Assembly (NCBI GenBank): GCA_963815195.1
Contig: CAWFGE010000022.1
Location: forward strand, 339,431 to 403,430
DNA: 64,000 nucleotides
Origin: an uncultured Planctomycetaceae bacterium
GTDB lineage: Bacteria; Planctomycetota; Planctomycetia; Planctomycetales; Planctomycetaceae
Direction of reading: 5' to 3'
Below are positions 20,269-32,371 of this stretch, one piece after another. The position numbers and the translations under genes were made by a program. Positions within the stretch are counted from its first letter, which is position 1; every line of letters starts with the position of its first letter. The notes under the pieces were generated by a model. The model searched no databases and was not told the origin of the DNA. It saw nothing but the letters and a program-made list of their open reading frames with translations.

Positions 20269-21342
20269 ATGACGTTCCCGAACACATCATGGCAAAACCG
20301 CGTGCTCTGTTGGACGGGCTTTGCCATCTGCGGAGTCCTCCAGCCCGCCCTCGCCGGCGAACCGGCTTCTTCCAAAAAGCCGCTCGATCTTCAGATTGAA
20401 ACCCCGTGGGCGGACGCCGCTCCCGAAGCGTTGCCGATCGATCCGATTACCGGCCCCGGCCATCGGCATGTGCCCATCGATGTGGACGCCCGGCCCATCG
20501 TGCGGCGGTTCAAGCTGAACCTCAACCGCCCCCGCCGGGTGATTCAAGATCCCAGCGGGGCGATCATCATCGCCGACTGGGCCGACGGCACCATCGTCAA
20601 AGTGGACGACAACGGCGACTCCACGCTGCTTGCGACCGAACTCAACGAACCGGCGGGGTTGGCTTACGACCCGTCGGGCAACCTCTATGTCGCCAACCAC
20701 GGCGGCGGCATGATGCAGCAGGGCAATATCGTCAAAATTTCCCCCGGCGGGGAAGTCCTGCTGTTCGCGGAAGATTTGAACGGTCCCACCGCCCTCGCGT
20801 TCGACGCCCAGGGCGATTTGTACGTCAGCGAGTTTCACGGCAACCGCATTCTGCGGATCACGCCCGGCGGCATCGTGAATTTGTTCCTCGACAATATCCC
20901 CACGCCCGCGGCGCTCGCGTTCGACGTGGGCGGCTATCTCTACACCGCCAGTTCCACTGAGGGCACGGTGTACCGCATCAGCCCGATGGGAAATATGGAA
21001 ATCGTGGCGCGAGGTCTCGTCGTCCCGTCCGATCTGGCGTTCGATCCCCAGCGGCATTTGATCGTCACCAACTTCGGCGGCACCGAATTGACCTATGTGG
21101 ACCTGATGGGCACGACGAAAACCTTCGCCATCGTTCCCAAAGGCACCATCGGCATCCAGTTCGACCCCGAGGGCAACCTGATCTTCGTGAATTGGGACTA
21201 CCAAACCCTGATGAAGGTCACCACCAACCTCCGCATCCCCTGCCCGCACTGCCAGAAATCGATCCCGCTCCGATTTAGGCAGCGCCCCAAACCCAAACGG
21301 CCCGCCAATTCCGATGCCGATCCGGGCGGCCCGATCATCTGA
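20269..21342 (+). CDS. Secreted NHL/Vgb-like beta-propeller protein
   Basis: Signal peptide, repeated P..LAFD..G.LYV units, C-terminal CPHC. Confidence 0.8.
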   Translation: MTFPNTSWQNRVLCWTGFAICGVLQPALAGEPASSKKPLDLQIETPWADAAPEALPIDPITGPGHRHVPIDVDARPIVRRFKLNLNRPRRVIQDPSGAIIIADWADGTIVKVDDNGDSTLLATELNEPAGLAYDPSGNLYVANHGGGMMQQGNIVKISPGGEVLLFAEDLNGPTALAFDAQGDLYVSEFHGNRILRITPGGIVNLFLDNIPTPAALAFDVGGYLYTASSTEGTVYRISPMGNMEIVARGLVVPSDLAFDPQRHLIVTNFGGTELTYVDLMGTTKTFAIVPKGTIGIQFDPEGNLIFVNWDYQTLMKVTTNLRIPCPHCQKSIPLRFRQRPKPKRPANSDADPGGPII

Positions 21343-21461
21343 AACCGCCCGCAAAGGTTTGACCACGCTCCCGTCCCGCCGGTTCGCCGACCGTTTCATC
21401 TCTGCAGGCGAACCTCGACAAACCGCGGCATCGGCGATAGGCTAACTTTCAACCTTGGACG

Positions 21462-22493
21462 ATGACCGCCGACCTCCTTTCCATGACGGGTTCGATGCTC
21501 AGTTTTCGCTTTTCTCGCCGATGTGGTTTCTGGATTCAAGGCGCGGGCCGTTCCGCGTTTTGGCTTGTGCTGTTGTTGGGCTTGGTTTCGCTGACGGGCT
21601 GCGGATCGAAGCCGACGGTGACGATCGTGTGCCCGTGGGCTCCGGGCGGCGGGACCGATCAGCTTTCGCGGTTGGTCGCCGATCAGCTTCAACAGCGGAT
21701 GGAAACGCCGGTGATCGTCGTCAACCGGGACGGCGGCAGCGGGGCGATCGGGCACACGGCCGTCGCCAAGGCCGATCCGGATGGCCGCACCATCGGCATG
21801 CTTACCGCTGAACTTAGCACGATGCACCAGATGGGCATCTGCGAATTGACCTACCGCGATTACGACTGCCTGATGCAGCTCAACGGCGACCCGGCCGCGA
21901 TCCTCGTGAAGAAAGACGCGCCCTGGAAGAACCTGACTGAGTTTTTGGAGCACATCCGCGAGCATCCGGGCGACGTTAAAATGTCCGGGACGGCCACGGG
22001 GGGGCTCTGGGACCTGGCCCGCGTGGGCATGCAGCACAAAGCGGGAATCCCGATCGAGTCGGTGATCTGGGTGCCCACGAAAGGTGCGGCCCCGTCGCTC
22101 GTGCAGTTAATGGGGGGCCACATCGATGGCGTGTGCTGCAGCGTGCCGGAGGCCGCTTCCCAATTGGAAGCCGGCGAGCTTCGCGTCTTGGCGGTGTTCT
22201 CCGAAGACCGCTTGCCCGAATTCCCCGACGATCCCACGGCGAAAGAGCAGGGCCTCGATTGGGTGGCCGTCGGTTGGCGGGGCCTGGCCTTGCCCAAGGG
22301 GACGCCGGAACCCGTCCGCCAAGACCTCTTAAAACACTTGAACGAGATCGCCAAGTCGAAAGAGTTCTTGGAGTTCATGAAACAGAGCGGCTACCGGGTG
22401 ACCATCAAAGGCCCAGACGAGTTCACGAAGTTCCTCCAAGAGCAGGAAACGCAATGGAAGCCGATCGTCGAAGCCGCCGGTTATGCCAAGTGA
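21462..22493 (+). CDS. tctC: Tripartite tricarboxylate transporter substrate-binding lipoprotein (Bug/TctC)
   Basis: PWAPGGGTD, NRDGGSGAIG, PDGRTI, lipobox LTGC; start codon uncertain. Confidence 0.9.
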   Translation: MTADLLSMTGSMLSFRFSRRCGFWIQGAGRSAFWLVLLLGLVSLTGCGSKPTVTIVCPWAPGGGTDQLSRLVADQLQQRMETPVIVVNRDGGSGAIGHTAVAKADPDGRTIGMLTAELSTMHQMGICELTYRDYDCLMQLNGDPAAILVKKDAPWKNLTEFLEHIREHPGDVKMSGTATGGLWDLARVGMQHKAGIPIESVIWVPTKGAAPSLVQLMGGHIDGVCCSVPEAASQLEAGELRVLAVFSEDRLPEFPDDPTAKEQGLDWVAVGWRGLALPKGTPEPVRQDLLKHLNEIAKSKEFLEFMKQSGYRVTIKGPDEFTKFLQEQETQWKPIVEAAGYAK

Positions 22494-22601
22494 TTTTTAT
22501 GGATCACAGAATCGTGGACGACAGAATCATATAAAATTGAGACGATCAACGTTTTGCTTGGTTCACCCGCATTTCGAGTCTGCCCAAGTTTCTGTGAAAA
22601 C

Positions 22602-23135
22602 ATGACAGACCCCCAAACCTCTCCCGAGCCGGGACAACTCAGCCGCCCCGCGGGCACGATGGCCTTCGGCGGGTTTTTGATCGTGGCGGCGGCTTTGATT
22701 CTCTTCTTCGCAAGGGACATCGATTCCGTGGACCGCGGCAACCACGATCCCGGCCCCCGCGCACTGCCCGTGACTCTGGGCGCGGTGTTATTGGCGGGCG
22801 GGTTTTATCAATTGAGCCTCGGCTGGTTCACCCGCAAGCGAACTTCGCTCGATCAAGTCGCCGAACCAGATGAAGAAACCGCGGACGTTCCCGAGCCGCA
22901 CAACATCAACGTGGTCATCACCATCCTCGCGATCATTGGTTATTTGGCGTTCCTGCCTGTGTTGGGGTTTTCGCTCGTAACCGTGATCTTTGCCGCGTTT
23001 TTGATCTGGTGGTTCGGCAGTCCGCTCTGGACGAGCTTGCTCGCAGCGTTGTTGTTAACAGTCTCGGTGCGCGTGCTGTTCGTGACTTTTTTTCATGTCC
23101 AACTGCTCGAAGGCAAACTCGGCCTGCCGTTTTGA
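22602..23135 (+). CDS. tctB: TctB-family small TTT permease subunit
   Basis: Four TM helices, DPGPRALP motif, follows tctC. Confidence 0.8.
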   Translation: MTDPQTSPEPGQLSRPAGTMAFGGFLIVAAALILFFARDIDSVDRGNHDPGPRALPVTLGAVLLAGGFYQLSLGWFTRKRTSLDQVAEPDEETADVPEPHNINVVITILAIIGYLAFLPVLGFSLVTVIFAAFLIWWFGSPLWTSLLAALLLTVSVRVLFVTFFHVQLLEGKLGLPF

Positions 23136-23137
23136 GG

Positions 23138-23197
23138 AAGAGCCGCGCACGCAGTAAGCGGGAGTCGCTCGATCCGCATACTTCGTGCGCGGCTCTT
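23138..23197. terminator. Solo family A hairpin between convergent genes, probable terminator
   Basis: aagagccgcgcacgcagtaagcgg ... ccgcatacttcgtgcgcggctctt followed by a T-run. Confidence 0.65.
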
Positions 23198-23213
23198 TTT
23201 TTAGCCGCGTTAA

Positions 23214-26200
23214 TTAGCTCTTCTGGCTCTGGGCTTTTTGGGGGGCGAACTTCGCGAGGGCGGTTTCTTTGATGCCTCTTAAATCCAGCTTGCCCGTCCC
23301 CAGGATGGGGACGGACTCCACTTGCACGAAACAATCCCGCCGGCCGCCAGAGGTTCGGCAGGTTTTGCTCGTCGAACTTTTTGAGGATCTCGTCCACCGA
23401 CCGCGGCAGCGGCTTGTGCAGCACGACCAGCTTCTCGCCTTTCTTCTCGTCGGGCACCGAGGTGACGGCGAGCGCGGCTTCCAGATTCTCGTCTTCCGGA
23501 AAGTCCCCTTTGACGATCTCCCGGAGTTGCTCTTCGATCTTGACGTGCGGCACCATCTCGCCGCCAATCTTGGAGAAGCGGTTCAAACGCCCGGTGAGCG
23601 TGATGAATCCCGCCTCATCGATCGTGCCGATGTCGCCCGTGTGATACCAGCCGTCCTTGATGACCTCGGCGGTTTTCTGCGGCTGGTTGAGGTAGCCCAG
23701 CATCACGTTGGGGCCGGAAAACTGCAGAATGCCCGGCGCGCTTGGGCCGAGTTCCTCGCCCGTGTCGGGATCGACCACGCGGACGCTGGTGCCGGGAATC
23801 GCCCGCCCCACGGTGCCGAATTTGAGGCCGTCCTCTTTGTCGGCGCCCGTTCGCGACTTGGGCACATTCGCGGCGGCGAGCGGGGACAGTTCCGTCGCTC
23901 CGTAGCCTTCGGTGGGCAGGACGCCGAACTTTTTCTGGAACTCGTCCGCCAATTCGCGGGGCAGTTTTTCCGCTCCGACCACGGCCAGTTCCAGGTGCGC
24001 CATTTGCTCCGGCGTGCAGCGTTTGAGGTACGCCCGCAGAAACGTCGGCGTGCCCATGAGGATCGAGACCTTGTGCGCTTCGCAGAGCTTGCCGACGGTG
24101 CGGGCGTCGATCGGATTGAAATGAAACACCGCCCGGATTTCGGTGGTCAACGTCATCCACAACGACAGCGTAAACCCGAACGAATGAAAGAACGGCATGA
24201 TGCCCATGATCGAGTCGGTCGATTTCCAATGGAACAAGGCATCGGTGGATTCGATGTTCGACATGACATTGTTTTGCGAGAGCATCACCCCCTTGGGTTC
24301 GCCAGTGGAGCCGGAGGTGAAGATAATCCCCAGCACATCGTCGGGCCGGATTTTTGTGAGCCCGTGCAATCGCTCCAGCAGGAACGTGGGCATCCCATAG
24401 GCTTGGGCCGCGGCGACGGCTTGATCCGTTTTGGTGACTTTCTCTTTGAGGTCCTCGGCATAGATCGGCTCGGCCTCCAGCTTGAACGACAGCCTCTCCA
24501 TGAACTTCCGGCTGGTAATGATGTGCTTGATCCCCGCCGCGCGGATGCAGTGGTTGATGTCTTTTTCGGAGAGCGTGTAGTTCAGATTCACCGCGACCTT
24601 CCGCGAGAGGGCGATCGCGGCATTGATGACCGCGCCCGCGACCGTGGGCGGCAGCAGAACGCCGACCATCTGTTCCCCCGGCGAAAACACGTGCCGATGG
24701 AGCAGCCGTTTCATCACCAGGCTGCCCGCGAGCAGTTTGCCGCCGGTGAGCTCGGCCCCCGACGAATCCGCGATCTTCACGCGGGACAGGTTCCGCCGGC
24801 AGCGGCGAAGAAACCGCCGGGGCGGCACGAGTTGTTTGAGCGGTTGATTCTCCACGGTTTCGACTCCCAAATGCTCGACGGCTTGCCGAATTTCATAAAC
24901 GCTCTCCGGCCCGGTGAGCGGTTTTCCGAACCGCACCGTCACGGGGTAAGGCCACGTCGTCGGTCTTTTCCAAAACAGCTTCCCCTCGGAATAGCTGAAG
25001 ATGCTGCCCCACAATCCGCCCAGGTTGACCGGAATCACCGGAATCGTGCTGCCTTCGATGATCCGCATCATCCCGCGCTGGAACTCGCCGAGCTGCCCGG
25101 TCTTGGTGAGTTCGCCTTCGGGAAATATGCACACGAGTTCGCCATTCTCGGCGGCTTCGCGGGCGGTCTTTAGGGCTCTCACGATCTCCTTGGGTCCCAT
25201 TGCGGCGTGTAAGTTAATCACATTGTAAACTTTCGCCATCCACTTCAGAATCCGGCCTTTGAAGAAATCGACATCGGCAATAATCCGAACCGCCCTCGGG
25301 CAGGCCAACAAGAGCAGCGGCCCGTCGAGCCGGGACACGTGGTTGCACACCAACAGCGCCCCGCCCTGTTCGGGAATGTTCTCCCGCCCCACAACCTTGA
25401 GCCGATAAAACACGAGGCTCACCAGCCACACCGCAAACCGCACCGTGGCATAAGGCAACAGCCACACGACATAAAGCAACACGGGAACCGACAGCAGCCC
25501 GGCCATCAAAAAGATCTGGCTCGAGGACAACTTCATCACCTCCCGCATCAGATAGAACAAGCACGAGGAGACGATCATCATCGAGAAGGCAAGAAAGTTC
25601 GCCGCCGCGAGCACGGTCCCGCGGGTCTGCGATTCGCTCTTGTGCTGCAGAAACGATTCGAGCGGCACGTTGAAAAATCCCGCCCCCATTCCCAACGTAA
25701 ATAGGAACGCGCAGCACCACCAGAAGGCGGCGGAATCGGCCACGTCGCGGATGTCGAGGAGCGCCGCCTCCGCCAATTCCGGCGTGGGCACATGCGTTCC
25801 CACAAGGCACAGCAAGACCGAACTGCCGATGATCACCCCCACGCCCAGCGGCACGAGTCCCAACTCGACCCGCCCGCGGGACAAGAGGCCGGCCGAAACG
25901 CTGCCCGCCGCCATGCCGACGACGAGCACCACGAGCATCACCCCCACGCCGGTCTGCCCCAATCCAAACACATATTTGCCGAACAATGTGATGTTGCTCT
26001 GGGCAAGCGACGCCAGCATCCAGAAAAACGCAATCCCCAATGCCGCCCGCAGCAAGGCGGTCTTCGAGACGAGGAATCTCAAGTCGCGGTAGGTTTCCCG
26101 CACCGGATTCTTGGAGAGCCTTCGGGACGGGTCGGCGGCGGCGAGCGGGCGAATCAACAGGCTCGCCGCCCAGCCGACGGCGGCCGTCCCCACATACGCC

Positions 26201-26811
26201 GCTAACAGCGGCCATAGCTTTCCCAGTCCTTCCCATCCCGAAACGCCGGTTCCTTTGAGGCATTCGATAATCGCCGCGCGGTTGCCTTCATAAAGAGCCA
26301 GCCCCGCAAACGTCCCCAGCGCCGCCGAGGTCACGGTGATGAGTCCCATCACCCCGTTGGCGGCGGAGATGCGGTCGGCGCGGACCATTTCCGGAATGCT
26401 GCCGAACTTCGCCGGCCCGAACAGCGCGCTTTGGCTGCCCATCAGCATCACGACCACGAACAAGAACCACACGCTGCCCGTGGCAATGCCCACGATGCCC
26501 AAGACCATCAACACAATCTCGGCAACTTTGCACCACACAATGACCCGCCGCTTGTCGAAGCGGTCGGCCAGAAACCCCGCAAAGTTCGCGAGCACCAGAT
26601 AAGGAGCCGTGAACAGCACGGTCCCGAGCATCAGGGCCCGGGCTTCCCCGAACGCCAGCATCCCGATGGGAATCACCAGCCAGCGAAACATGTTGTCGTT
26701 GAGCGCCCCCAGGAACTGGGTGACCAGCAGTCCGCCGAAGCTCCACGACAACACGCCGTCGCGGGCGGAGTCGGGATGGGTTTTCGTAGCCGTGTCGCCG
26801 GGTGTGGTCAT
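23214..26811 (-). CDS. aas: MFS (LplT-like) + acyltransferase + acyl-ACP synthetase fusion (frameshift near 23342)
   Basis: TQFLGALNDN MFS motif, CNHVSRLD and IFPEG PlsC motifs, FTSGSTGEPKG, EGYGATE, WYHTGD; C-terminal PILGTGKLDL lies in another frame. Confidence 0.9.
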
Positions 26812-27054
26812 CAGCGGAAGATTCCAGGAAGGAGAATGCGTCGAACGGGAACTTTTCGCCGGCGCGTTCAAGTGGCCGGCGGGAGTCTCAGGACGCAGAT
26901 GGAAACAGAATATCACGCCGGAACCGGAGCGAAAGCCAAAAACGCCGAAATCCGCGGGCGAGGGTTCAAAGACAAGGGAGCGTGGCCTAAACTGATATTG
27001 GCCGTTAAACACGTTTCGATTCTCCGCCCCACACTTCAATCCGGGAGAAACCGC

Positions 27055-27840
27055 ATGGTCCCCCACCGCGCGATTTGGATTCTTTTTGTTCTGAGCCTCG
27101 CCGTCGGCCGTCATGGAATCGCGGAAGACCAGCCCTCAAAATCGGACGCGAAAGACACGCCGCGTTACACCGTCAACAAACAGAACCACGATCCCAACGG
27201 AATCGGGAAGTTTTACATGGGCCGGGAAATCGCCCATGTCATGGGCTACCGCGCGGCGGACTGGCTGGAGCGGCCGGAGCGCGAGAAAGAAGAAAGCCTG
27301 TCCAAGCTCATCGAGTCTCTGGATCTCAAAGAAGGCATGGCCATCGCCGACATCGGCGCGGGCAGCGGGCGGATTTCCGCGATGATCAGCCCCAAAGTCG
27401 GCCCGACGGGCAAAGTCTTCGCCGTGGACATCCAAAACGAAATGCTCAGCCTCGTCCGTGCCAAAGCCAAACAGCGCGGCCTGACGAACATCGAGCCCGT
27501 GCTCAGCACGGAAAAATCCCCCAAGCTCAAACCCAACAGCATCGACCTCGCCTTCATGGTCGATGTCTACCACGAGTTCAACTTTCCCTACGAGATGACG
27601 TTGGAGCTTTCCAAAGCCCTGAAGCCGGGCGGCCGATTGGTGTGGGTGGAATACCGCAAAGAAGATCCCAAAGTCCGCCGGATGATCAAGCTCGTCCACA
27701 CCATGACGGAAGCCCAAGTCAAAAAAGAAGCCGAGCAAAAAGAATTCGGCCTCAAATGGAAAAAGACCATCGACGTCCTCCCGGTGCAACATGTGATTGT
27801 GTTTGAGAAGCAAAAGCCTGATTCATCAGCCAACAAATGA
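27055..27840 (+). CDS. Exported class I SAM-dependent methyltransferase
   Basis: Signal peptide, FYMGREIAHVMG, IADIGAGSG, VDVYHEF. Confidence 0.88.
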   Translation: MVPHRAIWILFVLSLAVGRHGIAEDQPSKSDAKDTPRYTVNKQNHDPNGIGKFYMGREIAHVMGYRAADWLERPEREKEESLSKLIESLDLKEGMAIADIGAGSGRISAMISPKVGPTGKVFAVDIQNEMLSLVRAKAKQRGLTNIEPVLSTEKSPKLKPNSIDLAFMVDVYHEFNFPYEMTLELSKALKPGGRLVWVEYRKEDPKVRRMIKLVHTMTEAQVKKEAEQKEFGLKWKKTIDVLPVQHVIVFEKQKPDSSANK

Positions 27841-27849
27841 TTGAATCCC

Positions 27850-27933
27850 GGCGAGCGGGAGACGTAAGCCTCCTGTTTACTCCGACCAACCGGAACCTCG
27901 ACGGAACCAGGAGGCTTACGCCTCCCGCTCGCC
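27850..27933. repeat. REP-like inverted pair (family B variant)
   Basis: ggcgagcgggagacgtaagcctcctg ... caggaggcttacgcctcccgctcgcc. Confidence 0.75.
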
Positions 27934-28165
27934 TTTTGTCTTCACAAACGCAAATCGCCGTTACCGTTCTGAGGGGGGAGAACGATAACGGCGATTGCAA
28001 ATTCTGGCTGCGTTGTGATATGGAGTTGAGTGGACTTTCCCTCAACATCTTTCGGTATCGGCACGCCGGGGCCGCGGATTGAGATTTTGTGCTCGACATC
28101 CGCTTGAGCGCGTTGAACCGGTCGCATCAATTTCACCCAGGATCCCGGCCGTCGGGTTCGTGCGG

Positions 28166-28963
28166 TCAAACGGGCTTGAGACGTTCCAAAACGGCGTCCT
28201 TCAGGGCCCGGTTGACGGAGATCCCGTTGCCGCCGTGGATCGTGGCTTCGCCGTTCCAATCCACAAAATGCCCGCCGGCTTCTTCGAGGATGGGCACAAG
28301 CGCGGCTGCGTCCCAGGGGCTCATCAGCGGATCGACGATAAAATCCGCCCGCCCCGTCGCGACCATCGCGTGGCCGTAGCAATCCCCCCAACCGCGCGTG
28401 ATCCGCACCTCCCGGCTCAACCGGGCAAATGCATCGAACCGGCCGATCGTGTTCCAGCCCTCGATCTCGGTAAAGCAGAAGAGAGCCTTTGAAATCTCCG
28501 CCGTTTCGGTGACCTGCGTTCTCCGCGGGTTGTCGCCGCCGGTCTGCCACCAGCAGCCGCCGCCTTTCGCGGCATACACGACTTCATCGAGCGCCGGGAA
28601 TCGGCAGACGCCCATCACCATCCGCCCGTCCTGCTCCAGGCCGATCAGCGTGCCGAACAGCGGCACCCCATGCACGAAAGACTTGGTGCCGTCGATTGGA
28701 TCGAGAATCCAGCGGCAGCCATTTTGCGAAGGCGTTTCGCCGAACTCCTCCCCCAGGATTCCATCTTCGGGAAAGCTTTCGTGGATGCGGTTTCGCAAAA
28801 GCTCTTCCGCACCGCGGTCCGCCGCGGTCACCGGCGTCTGGTCGGATTTGAGATCCACGGCCAAATCGGCGTTCTGGTAATACTTCAAAATCAACCCGCC
28901 CGCAGCGCGGGCTTCCTGGAGGGCAAATTGCAACCGCCGTCCAATATCTTCTGTGGGAGCCAT
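28166..28963 (-). CDS. hisN: Histidinol-phosphatase, inositol monophosphatase family
   Basis: TPVTAADR, ILGEEFG, WILDPIDGTKSF, RGWGDCYG, PWDAAA. Confidence 0.85.
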   Translation of the reverse strand: MAPTEDIGRRLQFALQEARAAGGLILKYYQNADLAVDLKSDQTPVTAADRGAEELLRNRIHESFPEDGILGEEFGETPSQNGCRWILDPIDGTKSFVHGVPLFGTLIGLEQDGRMVMGVCRFPALDEVVYAAKGGGCWWQTGGDNPRRTQVTETAEISKALFCFTEIEGWNTIGRFDAFARLSREVRITRGWGDCYGHAMVATGRADFIVDPLMSPWDAAALVPILEEAGGHFVDWNGEATIHGGNGISVNRALKDAVLERLKPV

Positions 28964-29057
28964 GTGTCGTCTTTCCTGGGGATCGCCTCGCGGGGTTTGG
29001 ATTCCAATCCGCATGATAGGCGATCGGCTTTTTCCGTCCTAGTCGCGCTGCAGGCGG

Positions 29058-30237
29058 TCAGTGTTTCAGGACCTTATACAGCACCCACACCCCCGCGACG
29101 GCTAACAGGGCGTTGCCGGTCCACATCCCGAGCGCGGGGTTGATCTGGCCTTTTTTGCCGAGGCTGATCATCAACAGCGCGATCGGATAATAGATCAGCA
29201 GGATCGGCAGAAAGCACAGAAAGAAGCTCGTCAAGAACTGCCGCCGGCCTTGCAGGATCGAAAACGGCCCGCCGATCAACACGAAGAAAAAACAGCCTCG
29301 TGGACATGGCGAACCGGCCGAAGATCTCCGTCCGCAGCCGATTCAGGTCTTCCTGGGCGAACTTCCGCATCTGCGAATAGACGACGTAATCCTCTTCGCA
29401 CATCCGCTCAAAGTCGCCCAGGAGCAGGGTCATCGCCATCTCGGCGTCTTGCTTTTCATCCAGTTCCCGGATGCGGTGCTCGATGCCGTTCATGCGGACG
29501 TGCAGCTTTTCGATGGTCGTGTTCCGCGGGCTGGGCTGGCTGACCTCCTGGGGCATGGGGAAGTGTTGGTCTTCTTTCTCGAACCAACCCCGCCGATGGC
29601 CGGGGATGTCGATATGCCCCTTCACGAGGTGCAAGATGACTTGATGCTTTTCCAGGTCGAACTCCAAGGTGGAGCGGGCCGCCTGCACGGTGATTGTGCT
29701 GTGCCCCCGCGGCGCATATTGGAAGGTGGGTTTGATGAGCGTTCTGTCCTCGACGTCGATCACGGTGATCGAGTAGCCCTGCCGATCGTCCGTCACCTGA
29801 TGATTGGTGCGGAGCATATCCAGAAAGATGTCTTCCATCGCGAGCGCCACCGTCCGCTGGATGTTGCCCACGGCCCAGGGGATCACCTGATCCGTCAGCA
29901 CCAAGGAGACGATGCTCATCACGATCGACAGCAAAAATGCGGGCCACAACAGCGAGAACACGTTGATGCCCGCCGCCTTGGCCGCCGTGACTTCCTGATC
30001 GCCCGCGATCCGCCCGTAAACCACGCACACCGCCAGCAGCAGCGTCGCGGGGATCGTGAACGGCATCAGGCTCGGCACGACGAAGGGCAGAATCTGCAGG
30101 ATCTGGAACGGCCCCAACCCGCTGGCGGCCACTTCCCGAAACACCCCCACGAACACCAGCAACACCGTGAGCACGCTCAAGAGGAATAAAAACACCTTGA
30201 GCAACTCGCACAGAATGTATCGCTGCAGCAAACGCAT
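29058..30237 (-). CDS. LptF/LptG family permease (frameshift near 29296)
   Basis: MRLLQRYI, TIPATLLLAVCVVYGRIAGDQEVTAAKAAGI; C-terminal TM helices lie in a second frame. Confidence 0.88.
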
Positions 30238-30403
30238 GGAGTGTGTTGCGATCGGGCCGGAATATCGGATCGCACCCGCAATCCGGGCGCAGTGGGGGCA
30301 ATGGTTCAGTCGGCGTGGGGTAATAGGCGATTCCGCGAATCGGGTCAATCCCAAGTCGAATATGGCAATGCGTGTTTCACAGGAAAACTTCCGCAGCGAC
30401 GAC

Positions 30404-30481
30404 GGGTGGCACGTCCCTGAGCACAGCGAAGGGCGTGGCGACCCTCAAGACCACGCCCTTCGCTCCTCAGGGCGTGCCACC
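30404..30481. repeat. REP-like inverted pair (family C, gggtggcacgycc...cgaagggcgtgg)
   Basis: Copies at 54859-54938 and 56149-56243. Confidence 0.8.
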
Positions 30482-30517
30482 TGGCCGGTCCCACGGCGGC
30501 AAGATGCCGCCGCTACG

Positions 30518-32159
30518 TTAACGCATCGCCTTGGGGCGGACGAACACCAAAAAACGGCCCCGGGCGTAATCGCTTTTGTTGAACGTGATGGGATTCAATC
30601 CCATCCGCAAGGCGGCGGCCTCGATGAAACGGTCGTTCTCCACCGGCGTCGTCGCGCGGGAGAGGATCAACAAATCGTACGGCCGATCGAACTGCTTTTC
30701 GATCGTGCCCCAATGAAACAGGATCGCGGGAATGTCGTCCTGCGCGTGGTAGCCCGCGCGGGTGCCTTGCAGATCCGTGACCACGAACTGAAACGGCCCA
30801 TACTGCCTGGCCAACCGAACGCCCAACTCCGCCTCGCATTCCCGCCCGGCGTGATAGGTCGTGAAGGCGTCGATCCAACCGACGCTGACGAACAGCAGAA
30901 CGATGCAGCCCGACGTGAATGCCGGCGTAATCCACACCCGCTTCGAGCGCTCCGCCCAATCTCCCCAGGCTTCGAGCAGCGACAAAAACCCGATGGCGGA
31001 ATAAGGAATCAACGCGAGATACACCGGATAAAAATACCGGCCGTTGATCAGGCCGGACTTCTCGTACAAAATCCAGATCCCGCCGGCGAGAGCCAATGCA
31101 ACGGCCCACAGCGCGCTTCGGTCCCAATTCCACAAACCTCGGCCCGACCAGTACAGGCCAAAAATCAAGAGTCCCAAGTTGACCTGCTCAAACGCCGAGG
31201 CGAATTGCTTCAAATACCGCCGCAGCGTGACGGGTTTCGGCTGGTCCGGCGGCGCGGGTGTGGCGAGCATCCCCTTTTTGGGAGTTTTCCTTTGGCTCCG
31301 GGCGAGGGCATCGGTCGAGACCGGGCGGGGAAAAATGAAGCTTCTCGTTCATCCAACTCCAGCCGATGACGAAATGCCCCAGCCGGCCCCATTGCCATTC
31401 GGGTTCCTCCGAGAGCACCGTCAGGTTGATGAGCACGATCAAAGCCGGCGTGATCGCCAGCCACGCCGCCGCCCCGCCCACAAGGCGTTTGCGGACCTCG
31501 GTTCGCCTTAGTCCCTGACGGATTCCCCAAATCGCCAGAGGCAGGATCAACAGCCAGCCTTCGCTGCGCGTATGGACGGCGAGGGCCATTGCCAACCCGC
31601 CTGCGAGAAACCAGCGGAGCCTGGCCTCCGAAACCGTGCGCCGCGTCGAATACAGGCACAAGTGGAACAGAAACCAAAACGTCGGATCGCGGACCGGCTC
31701 GATGCTAAACTCTATAAATTCCGGGTGCACCGCATACAAAAAGCACGCCGCCCAGGCCACGCGGTCGGAAAACAGCCGCCGGATCCAGCCGAACATCGGC
31801 AACACCGCCAGGCTGGAAATCAACACGCTCCACAACTTGCCCGCGGCGATCCACGTCAGCCCCAGCGACTTCAGGCTCACCAGAATCAGCGGGAAGATGT
31901 TGAGGTTCAGGTAGTTAAACGCATAGACCCATTCGCCGTCCCGGCAAGCCGCCGCCGCCGAGATGTAATAATACCCATCGTGGCAAACCGACCGCACCAG
32001 CCCCGCCATCCAAACCCGCGGCAAGAAGCACAAAAGGAACATCCCGAACAGGCACGCTCCCAGGGGAACCCGCTGCCCGCCGCGCGGAGGCCCGTCGGCG
32101 GGCGATGCGTCCGAGGCCCGTCGCCAAAACGCAGGCAGACTCTGCTTGAGCCACGTCAT
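30518..32159 (-). CDS. ArnT/PMT-like GT-C glycosyltransferase (frameshift near 31320)
   Basis: HDGYYY, multiple TM helices, VRDP, HTRSEG, GRYFYP across two frames. Confidence 0.75.
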
Positions 32160-32371
32160 AAATCGGGACTTTGCCGAGATGTGAGATGTGAGAGGCGGAT
32201 CCTCCACGCAATCCCGCACACGGGGCCGCGAGACAAAGACCGGCACGGATTGTCAAGGGGGATCGAATGGAGGATGGGATTGTGCCCGATTCTCCAAATT
32301 CCAGCAAGACGGATTTTCACGAGTCCGCGGGCAAAATCCGGGCGTGGTCTCTGCGACCGCTTTGGCCTCGC

